Shown here: piece by piece, positions 37,050 to 45,000 of the stretch
Layout: each line of letters starts with the position of its first letter
Position numbering within the stretch: position 1 is the stretch's first letter
From: Gammaproteobacteria bacterium
Lineage (GTDB): Bacteria; Pseudomonadota; Gammaproteobacteria; Acidiferrobacterales; UBA6901
DNA: 64,000 nt
Assembly (NCBI GenBank): GCA_028068195.1
Contig: JAPTTX010000030.1
Location: 26,231-90,230 of the forward strand
Reading direction: 5' to 3'
Made by a program: the position numbers and the translations under genes
Notes under the pieces: generated by a model
What the model saw: the letters and a program-made list of their open reading frames with translations, nothing else
What the model was told of the DNA's origin: nothing
The model's database searches: none

Positions 37050-37871
37050 TTAGTCCTCACGATCCCGCGGCCGGACCGTCTGCGCCGACGGAGCTGCCCC
37101 GGCGCCCGGCTCCAGGTGCAGTGGCCGGGTGATGAAATGCGCAATCCGTCTCCCGGCACGATAGACCCGGAGCTCGCCTGGTTCGAAGGCCGACCATGTG
37201 CTTGCGTCGGTGAGCGGCTCAGTGGCGACCACCGCAATCTCGGTCGTGCCCTCGCTGTTGGCGGCGGAGCCATCAGCCAGACTCCATAGCCGGTCGTGGC
37301 CGTAGGCGATGAGGTGCAGGCCATCGGACATCAGGAAATTGAATCGACCGTGCGAAGCCAGCATCTCGGCAGCAGCAGCAAGCGTGTCTAGCCACTGTCC
37401 CGTGTGTACCGCATGCGGTACGGAAAGCGAAGTGGCGATGCGCTCCAGCACCAGGCAGAAGGCGTGCTCGGAATCGGTGTCGCCACCGGGCACGCACGGA
37501 GATATGCTGTCCGCCGCTCCCAACTTGGCGTGGTCGGGGATGACGCCATTGTGGGCAAACACCCACTCGCGCCCACAACAGACGCGCCGGAAGGGATGGG
37601 TGTTGGCGGCGACGCGCGCCGTCGGGGGATTGGCTTTGCGCACGTGTCCCAAAATGAGCGGTGCGCGGGCGCTTGCACAAAGTTCGCGGAAGCGGGCGCT
37701 GTGCGCCGCCGCCCGTGGTTCCTTTTCAATATGGAACGATGCGCCCTCGATCCAGGCAAGTCCCCAGCCGTCCGGGTTGTCGGCGACACCGCCGCCGTGC
37801 GCGCCGAAGCGGCACAGGAGTTCCCGTGGCTGCAGCGCCTGATTGCTGCTCAGTCCGAATAGTTCGCACAT
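37050..37871 (-). CDS. Class II (Ntn) glutamine amidotransferase (YafJ/EgtC-like)
   Basis: 'MCELFG' gives the N-terminal nucleophile Cys2. 'NPDGWGLAW' and 'HVRKANPP...NTHPF' are typical of the GATase_4/6 family. Confidence 0.85.
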   Translation of the reverse strand: MCELFGLSSNQALQPRELLCRFGAHGGGVADNPDGWGLAWIEGASFHIEKEPRAAAHSARFRELCASARAPLILGHVRKANPPTARVAANTHPFRRVCCGREWVFAHNGVIPDHAKLGAADSISPCVPGGDTDSEHAFCLVLERIATSLSVPHAVHTGQWLDTLAAAAEMLASHGRFNFLMSDGLHLIAYGHDRLWSLADGSAANSEGTTEIAVVATEPLTDASTWSAFEPGELRVYRAGRRIAHFITRPLHLEPGAGAAPSAQTVRPRDRED

Positions 37872-37903
37872 GGCATCCTCAATGCGTCAGGTCTGCCCTT
37901 CGT

Positions 37904-38989
37904 CTAATCCGCCTTCCGACCGGGCCCGGTCCGATCATCGGACTCGCCCCGCTTCTGCAACCGGGCGGCGCCGTTCAATCTCTTGCCGAGGCCGGCCGCG
38001 GTGCCTTCCAGCGCCACGTTGAACCCGTGGCGCTTCCAGCCCACCATGCCGTCGCCAACGAGCAATGCCTGGGTGAAGCCCGCCGCACGCAGCAGTTCCA
38101 CGGCTTTCCCGGACATGCGGTTGGTGCGGCAGATGACGGCGAGCGGGTATTCCCGCCGCTGCTCGAGCTCGAGCAAACGCCGCGGCAGGTCATCGAGCGG
38201 GATATTGATCGAGCCGGCGATGTGGCCGAGATCACCGGTAAAGTCCGCGACCGGCCGTACGTCTAACACCGGGAGTTCTTCGTTCCGGTCGAGACGTTGC
38301 TTGAGTTCAGCGCTCGAAATTGTCCCGGTGGGCGCACCGGGCCTGGCGCGAAGCCGCTTTAGCAGGTTTGGCAGGAAGGCGGCAATGCCGATCAGCGTTA
38401 TTGCCATCAGCCCCTTATGGATCAGGCCCTGGCCGCCGGATGCAGCTTCCCGGCCGGCATAGCCGAGATAGGTGTAGGCGAGCGCCCCGGGAAGCATGAA
38501 CACATAAGTGCCGACCACGTAAGCCAGCAGACCGATGCGGGTGAGTCCCAGCGCATAGTTGAGCAGATTGAACGGGAACAGAGGCACCAGGCGCACAAAC
38601 GCGACGAAGCGCCAGCCCTCCTGCTCCACGCCCTGAATGAGCTGCCTGGTCCAGCCGCCGGCGCGGCGATGTATCCAGCCGGATGCCAGGTAGCGCGCAA
38701 CCAGAAATGCAATTGTGGCGCCGACAGTAGCGCCGGTGAGGCTGTACAATGTACCCCACACGGGCCCGAAGAGCGCGCCGCCCGCCAGTGACAGCACGGC
38801 GCCAGGCAGGAAGAGCACGGCCGCGGCGGCATATGCCGCCATGAAGAGGAACGGCGCGAAAGTGCCGCTGGCGGCGATGCGTGAGCGCAGCGCCGCTGTA
38901 TCGAGCCAGCCATGATGAAGGAATGCAATCGCGATCGCCGCCAAGAGCGCGGCAAAGAGGGCAGTGCGTGCAACGATCCGGCGTGTCAT
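37904..38989 (-). CDS. TVP38/TMEM64 (DedA-type) membrane protein fused to a C-terminal rhodanese domain
   Basis: The N-terminal multi-TM region has the SNARE-associated pattern. The C-terminal 'LPVLDVRP...GHIAGSINIP...AVICRTNRMSGKA' is rhodanese with an active-site Cys. There is an ATGA overlap with the upstream gene. Confidence 0.8.
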   Translation of the reverse strand: MTRRIVARTALFAALLAAIAIAFLHHGWLDTAALRSRIAASGTFAPFLFMAAYAAAAVLFLPGAVLSLAGGALFGPVWGTLYSLTGATVGATIAFLVARYLASGWIHRRAGGWTRQLIQGVEQEGWRFVAFVRLVPLFPFNLLNYALGLTRIGLLAYVVGTYVFMLPGALAYTYLGYAGREAASGGQGLIHKGLMAITLIGIAAFLPNLLKRLRARPGAPTGTISSAELKQRLDRNEELPVLDVRPVADFTGDLGHIAGSINIPLDDLPRRLLELEQRREYPLAVICRTNRMSGKAVELLRAAGFTQALLVGDGMVGWKRHGFNVALEGTAAGLGKRLNGAARLQKRGESDDRTGPGRKAD

Positions 38990-39837
38990 GAGGGACGGTT
39001 CCATGCGCGGCGGTTGATGGCGTAGCCGGTGATACGTCCGAGGAATGGCAGGACCAACATGCCCGGCAGGTCGTTCACGAGCCTCGGCGCGCGGTAATCC
39101 CGGATGCCGAGGGTCATGGCCTCGTGGCCGGCGTCGGGCTGCGCCATGTAGGTGCCGAGCAGCCGGTCCCAGAGCGAGAGGTTGAAGCCGAAGTTGCTGT
39201 TCGCCTCTCGGTCCTCGACCGAATGATGCACCCGGTGCATGTCGGGGGTGACGATGAACAGGCGCAACGCGCGATCAAGCGCGATCGGCAGACGCAGGTT
39301 GCCGTGGTTGAACATGGCCGTCGCATTCAATACCACCTCGAAGATCACCACCGCCACGGCCGGCGCACCGATGACCGCGATGACCGCGAATTTGATGAGC
39401 ATCGATAGCAGGATCTCGATCGGATGAAAACGCGCACCGGTCGTGACGTCATAGTCGAGGTCGGCGTGGTGCATGCGGTGCAGCCGCCAGAGGATAGGCA
39501 CGGCATGAAACATGACGTGCTGCAGGTAGATGGCAAGATCAAGGATGACGATCGACCCGAGGACGGCGACCCAGAAGGGTGCTGCGACCAGGTTGAAGAG
39601 GCCCCAACCATGGGCTGTCGCGCTCATCGCGCAGCCCACCGCGGCTGCCGGGAACAGCAGCCGCAACACAACGCTGTTGAGGAACACGATCCCGAGGTTG
39701 CTGGTCCAGCGGCGTACCCTCGACACACTGAGTGTCCGCCTCGGCGCCGCCAGCTCGAGGAATATCATAACGATCAATACCCCGAAAAATGCCCCCAGCC
39801 GGATAACCTGCGCCTGATCCATGATTATTTCCGACAT
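38986..39837 (-). CDS. Fatty acid hydroxylase / sterol desaturase superfamily membrane di-iron oxygenase
   Basis: His boxes 'HVMFH', 'HRMHHAD' and 'HRVHHS' are present. GGAG lies 7 nt upstream of the ATG at 39837. Confidence 0.85.
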   Translation of the reverse strand: MSEIIMDQAQVIRLGAFFGVLIVMIFLELAAPRRTLSVSRVRRWTSNLGIVFLNSVVLRLLFPAAAVGCAMSATAHGWGLFNLVAAPFWVAVLGSIVILDLAIYLQHVMFHAVPILWRLHRMHHADLDYDVTTGARFHPIEILLSMLIKFAVIAVIGAPAVAVVIFEVVLNATAMFNHGNLRLPIALDRALRLFIVTPDMHRVHHSVEDREANSNFGFNLSLWDRLLGTYMAQPDAGHEAMTLGIRDYRAPRLVNDLPGMLVLPFLGRITGYAINRRAWNRPS

Positions 39838-39895
39838 AAAGATCTCCAAACTTGGAAAGAATACGCGATCGATTGGTAATGCGGCGGCCGATCTG

Positions 39896-39925
39896 CTAGT
39901 ATTCAATAATTCAATTGAATACTAG
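39896..39925. promoter_or_regulatory. Perfect 12-6-12 inverted repeat, candidate ArsR-family operator
   Basis: CTAGTATTCAAT-aattca-ATTGAATACTAG lies in the 104-nt divergent intergenic region between the hydroxylase gene and the ArsR-rhodanese gene. Confidence 0.55.
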
Positions 39926-39941
39926 TTATATCGTGAGCGTC

Positions 39942-40616
39942 ATGTCAAGCCCGGATGTGAAGCAACGGCTCTACGGCGAGATCGCCCGGATCGGGAAAGC
40001 AGTGTGTCATGGCTACCGCCTGGAGTTGCTGGAGTACCTTGCGCAAGGGGAGCGGACCGTAGAGTCACTAGCCAGGCTCGCAGGTCTTTCGGTTGCGAAC
40101 ACCTCCCAGCATCTTCGCAGCCTGCGCCAAGGCGGGCTGGTATCCGCGCGCAAGGATGGCCAGTACGTGTACTACATGCTGGCGGACGACGAAGTCATCC
40201 GCCTGCTCGCGAGCATGCGCAAACTGGCCGAAGCACACCTTGCGGAAGTCGAGCGGCTGGTCCGCTCCTACCTGACCGTCAAGGACGATCTCGAGCCCGT
40301 CCCGCGCGCCGAGTTGCTCGACCGTGCACGGCAAGGGCTCGTGACCGTCGTGGATGTTCGACCCGAAGAAGAATATGCGTCCGGCCACGTTCCGGGCGCC
40401 ATGAATTTGCCGATCAGGAATCTTGAGCAGAAACTCCGGGATTTGCCACATGACCAGGAAATCGTCGCCTATTGCCGCGGCCCGCACTGCGTGCTCGCCT
40501 ATGACGCGGTAGCGCGGCTGCGTCGGGAGGGGTTCCAGGCGCGGCGCCTGGAGGGTGGCTTCCCGGAATGGCGTGAAGCGGGCATGCCGGTGGAAATCGC
40601 AAGTTCCAGGAAATGA
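39942..40616 (+). CDS. ArsR/SmtB-family transcriptional regulator fused to a rhodanese domain
   Basis: Winged HTH 'RLELLEYLAQGERTVESLARLAGLSVANTSQHLRSLRQGGLV'. The C-terminal rhodanese domain is 'VVDVRPEEEYASGHVPGAMNLP...AYCRGPHC'. The ATG at 39942 is preferred because the TTG at 39915 sits inside the palindrome. Confidence 0.85.
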   Translation: MSSPDVKQRLYGEIARIGKAVCHGYRLELLEYLAQGERTVESLARLAGLSVANTSQHLRSLRQGGLVSARKDGQYVYYMLADDEVIRLLASMRKLAEAHLAEVERLVRSYLTVKDDLEPVPRAELLDRARQGLVTVVDVRPEEEYASGHVPGAMNLPIRNLEQKLRDLPHDQEIVAYCRGPHCVLAYDAVARLRREGFQARRLEGGFPEWREAGMPVEIASSRK

Positions 40617-40719
40617 ACGTGCCGCGAGCGTTGGGCGTAAGCCCGGGCACGCTGCTGTCCCAGGCGGCAGGACTCTTGAGCGGATATAAATGGTGGGATG
40701 CTTATCGGCAAGCAGCGAC

Positions 40720-41322
40720 ATGCATTCGAACCCAGTTTTTTCACGCCTTGCCATTGCGTTTCTCGCAGCAAGCCTGCTGCTCGGCTGGGTTCCCGCAGCT
40801 GCGGGCTCAGCGGGTCCGCAGCTGGCCCGGCGCTGGTCGCTTGTGACGCCCGAAGGGCTGGCGGTAGAGTTTGTCCAGCGTCCCCTGGACCTGACCGAGG
40901 CGTTCTTCCAGGGGCGCGGCTTCACTCCCGCCGTATCGCGGCAAATCGCCAATGCCTGCGTGCTGGCGGTCGTTGTCAGTAATCGCTCGGCTTCGACGAT
41001 CTTCCGGGTCGATCTCGGCGATTGGCGGGTACAGGGGCGGGACGTTCGGCCGCAGCAGCTGCGCCTCGACGCCGACTGGCAGCGAGCATGGAAGAGAATG
41101 CGGATCGCGCGGGCACAAAGGATTGCCTTCCGGTACGCTATGCTGCCGACCCGGCAAGTGCTTCGACCGGGGGACCGGTTGCAGGGAATGATCACTACCA
41201 ACCTCAGCACAGGCCAGCGCTTCGATATGAACATCCGGTGGGAGGCAAACGGCGAGCCCGGACAGGCCTGGCTGCGCGGTCTGGCCTGTGCGATGCCGTC
41301 ACAGCGGGGAAATCGGCCATGA
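40720..41322 (+). CDS. Secreted hypothetical protein
   Basis: Signal peptide 'MHSNPVFSRLAIAFLAASLLLGWVPAAAG'. The stop overlaps the tlpA-like start (ATGA). Confidence 0.55.
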   Translation: MHSNPVFSRLAIAFLAASLLLGWVPAAAGSAGPQLARRWSLVTPEGLAVEFVQRPLDLTEAFFQGRGFTPAVSRQIANACVLAVVVSNRSASTIFRVDLGDWRVQGRDVRPQQLRLDADWQRAWKRMRIARAQRIAFRYAMLPTRQVLRPGDRLQGMITTNLSTGQRFDMNIRWEANGEPGQAWLRGLACAMPSQRGNRP

Positions 41323-41876
41323 TAGCCCGTTATGTCGCGGCCCTAGCGGCGGCGGTTTGGCTGACAGCCGTGCCCGGCTCCTCTGCCGCCGTGGTAGGTC
41401 CGAATGCACAGCCCGTCGCCGCAAATTTCTCGCTCAAGGATCTCAACGGGAAGGTGCGCCGGCTCTCCGATTACCGTGGCAAGCTGGTCATCGTCAACTT
41501 CTGGGCGACATGGTGTCCGCCTTGCGAACGGGAGATACCATCGATGGAGCGAACGTATCGGAAATTCAAACATCGCGGCCTTGTGATTCTGGGCATCGAG
41601 GAAGGTGAGGGCTGGGAGACGGTGGAGCCGGTGGCAGAGCAGATGAAAATCACCTACCCGGTTCTGCTCGATCGTGATGCGTCGGTCAGCCGCAGGTACA
41701 AAATTATCGGGCTGCCTACCAGTTATCTGATCGATCCACGGGGACGCATCGTCGATGTTCTGGTCGGCGGCAGAAACTGGACGAACCCAGGTCTTCGTGC
41801 CCGCCTCGCCCGGCTGTTGCCGGGTCCGTCCCGGGAGCGCGCAGGGCTCCACGCCAAACCGCCACGCCGACCCTGA
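41319..41876 (+). CDS. TlpA/ResA-family periplasmic thiol:disulfide oxidoreductase
   Basis: Signal/anchor sequence plus 'VNFWATWCPPCEREIP' (thioredoxin CxxC). Confidence 0.85.
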   Translation: MIARYVAALAAAVWLTAVPGSSAAVVGPNAQPVAANFSLKDLNGKVRRLSDYRGKLVIVNFWATWCPPCEREIPSMERTYRKFKHRGLVILGIEEGEGWETVEPVAEQMKITYPVLLDRDASVSRRYKIIGLPTSYLIDPRGRIVDVLVGGRNWTNPGLRARLARLLPGPSRERAGLHAKPPRRP

Positions 41877-42089
41877 CCCGCCCAGGTTCGCATCCGCCCG
41901 GCCCCGGGTTGCCGCGCCGGCTCATTGTCACGATTTCCCCGATATGTGGATGGCCCGCCTCACCCGCGACCTGTCGGACGGCTTCGGCGTCGGCCCGCCA
42001 CGTGCCTGCAGCAGGGACAGACTCCAGCGCCTCCCCGGTCCTCTCCCGGTCTTTGCTATAACTATCGGTATACGGAACAATAAAAAGAC

Positions 42090-45000
42090 ATGTCCTCCTC
42101 GGTCGAAGTCATCATCATAGGAGCCGGACCCGCTGGGGTTTCGGCGGCGCTGCGACTGGCGCGTGCTGGTGTATCCGTGATGCTGATCGAGGGCGCGGAG
42201 TATGCCGGCGCGGAGAACTGGTCCGGCTGCGTCTACCATGCCGAAGGCCTGCTGCGTGAAGATGTGCTGGGGCAGGAGCTGTGGCGTCAGGCACCGAAGG
42301 AGCGCCGCATTATTGGCCGCAGCCTGTTCCTGCATGACGGCATCAACGCGGGCGGATTCGAGGCGCGGGCCCATGCCGGCAATGATTTTGGCGAGGCGTG
42401 GACGGTCCTGCGTCCCAAGCTCGACCGCTGGCTGGCAAGCCGCGCCGTCGACTTCGGCGTTACGCTGATCACTGCCACGACCGCAACCGGCCTACGCTAT
42501 CGCGGGGACCGCGTCATTGGTGTCAATACTGACCGCGGACCGATCAGCGCCGATGTGGTATTTATCGCGGAAGGCGATGCGGCCGGGCTCCTGGCCCGTG
42601 AAGGGCTGGAGCGGAGCCGGAATCCGCATTACGCCCAGGGCATCATGGCGCTATTCCGTCTGTCGCCGGCGGAGATTGAGAGGCGCTTCCGGCTGAATCC
42701 TGGAGAGGGGGTGGCGCAGGAATGGATGGTGCGTAACGGCCAGTTTGCCGGCCGCACGGTTCGGGTCAACATGACTGCCTTCCTGTACACGAACGAGGAC
42801 TCTCTGTCCCTGGGCCTGGTGCTTCCGCTCGAGCGCCTCGCGCAAGAGGCGGTTGCCGATCATCCGCACCTGTTCGAGCGCGTACGCAAGCTGCCCGTCA
42901 TTGCATCGTACCTCGAAGGCGCACAGCAGATCGCCTATGGTGCCAAGGTGATCCGCTCCGGCGGAATTGACGAGACTCCGCAATGGGTGCGGGACGGGCT
43001 GGCTGTCGGCGGCGGCAGCCTCGGCCTGGGACAGGAGGTGCCCTATCCAAACTTCATCGCCCCCGCCATTACCAGCGCCCTGACTTTTGCTGACGCGGTT
43101 TTGCGCATTCGCGGCAAGGGGGCTGACTACACCCGTGCGGAGCTGGAAATCGAGTACGCCGAGGCCCTGCGCCGAACCACAGATTTTCGAAACGCCACGC
43201 TGATACGGCGCTGGCCGCGCGCGATTCATGGCGGGCCAGCCCTGTTCGACCACCTGCCTGCCATTCTGGGCCAGATGATAGATGCTAGCCATCTGGCGCC
43301 CAGTGCGGCGCGCGCTCAGCGGCGGCGCGCGTTGGGCGTGGAGCTGGCCCGCTTGCGCCGCGATTCCGCCCAGCTGCTGCGCCTGGCGCGCGGTTTTGGC
43401 CCGCGCCTGCATGCGGACCAAGCGGCACCGCCCCTGCACGTGCAATTCCTGGTGGCCCGCGCTGGCGCCAAGCCGGCCCCGGCCGCATCCCAAGAGGATC
43501 CTCTGATGGCGCTGGCCGGTGAGGTGATCGGCCATTTCTACGGTCGGCGGCTACCGGCATTCGCCGACCGTGTGGCGATGGTCTGGCGCAGCATGGCGCG
43601 CCTGCCGCTTTTGGTGCCTCGGGTGGCGGGTCTGGGACTAAGTGCGCTCTATGGCGGCGCGGCGCTGCTCGGCGACCTCGCGGCGTATCGCATGGGCCAC
43701 GTGCGCCTGCGGGCACTGCAGCAGCGACCCTATTACCGCTATGACGAAAGCGCGCGCATCGGGCTCGACTGGGGCGATGCACGCCGAAGCGCCGCATCGC
43801 CAACGACCTGGATCGCCCCGCTCGTGCGTTATCGGCCCGACCTGCGGCATGTGACCGTTTCCCTGGACCTGGGCGCTACTGCCAAGCAGCTGCGCAACGT
43901 CTGTCCGGCAGAGGTCTATGGTCTGGCCGGCCAATTCGGCGGTGTATCGAGCCAGCACGAAAACTGCATAAAGTGCGAATCCTGTCGCGTGACTGTGCCC
44001 GGCGTGGACTGGAACCGAACCAGTGGCCACCGGTTTGCCTACCGCGTGCCGGGAGACGGGCGCAGTGGCCCGGATTCCTCCGTGACCTCGACGCTCGATC
44101 CGCTTCCGGAAAAGCCGCTGATCCTGGCCGAATCCGAGGGCAGCCGCTGGCAGCGTCTGTACCAGTCGCTGCGGGCACGGCCGTCGACGGTGAGCGCGGA
44201 ATGGCCACGTGTATGGGCGGGGCTCCTGAAGGAGATGTCCGATAGTGAGCTGACACGCCCGACAGTCGTGCGCCTCGAGTCCTGGCTGCAGCGCCATGCC
44301 TACGGTTGGATGGAAGCCGAAGTGCGCGCGCTGCTTGAGCAGGCGCACATGGTACCCGCCGACTGGCCCAGCGTGCGTACCAGGCAGTCGCACGCCCTCC
44401 TGCGCAGCATCCACGGTTGGGAGCGGCTGAAGGAGGATTTTCCGGAAAAAAAACTCAAGGCGCTCGCACTTACGACCTGGGACCCCGGTAGCCGGCGCGT
44501 GCTCCACGCCTGGATCGCCGCGGCCCGCAGCCACCGCGTGGCTGCCGTGGAGTGGCTGGCTGCCTGGTCGGGTGCCCTGGCATGGATCACTGCCGGGCAC
44601 TACCTGGCCGAAGCCGTCGCCGGACACCCGATCACGGATGTCCTGGCTGCACCACTGTGGCGTGAGCAAGACGGGGCTTCAAACTGGATACCGGCTGTCG
44701 CCGAGCAGCTTATCGATGCCCGCGGCGATGTCTGGCCCGCCGGCGAAATTATCGCGCACGGTGCCGGCGCCGACGCCGCCCAGCCCGTGCGCCGACGTGT
44801 CGACAAGGGTCTAGGCGAATTCTGTGCGACGACCGTGGTTGCCGAGTTGATCCTGGCGCTGGCGCGTGGACAGGCGGCGGTTTTGCGCCGCAGAGCGCTG
44901 GACTATGCCTCCGCGCGCGTGCAGTTCCGTGGCGACCTACGCGACAGCGAGGGGCGCGAGAGCATCGCCAAATTCGGTGCCGTGAAACAGATGCTGGCAG

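Noticed and set aside
40068-41234. 388-aa minus-strand ORF
   Set aside because: It is antisense to the ArsR-rhodanese gene and to the signal-peptide protein. It is extremely Arg-rich, has no motifs, and has no sensible start context.
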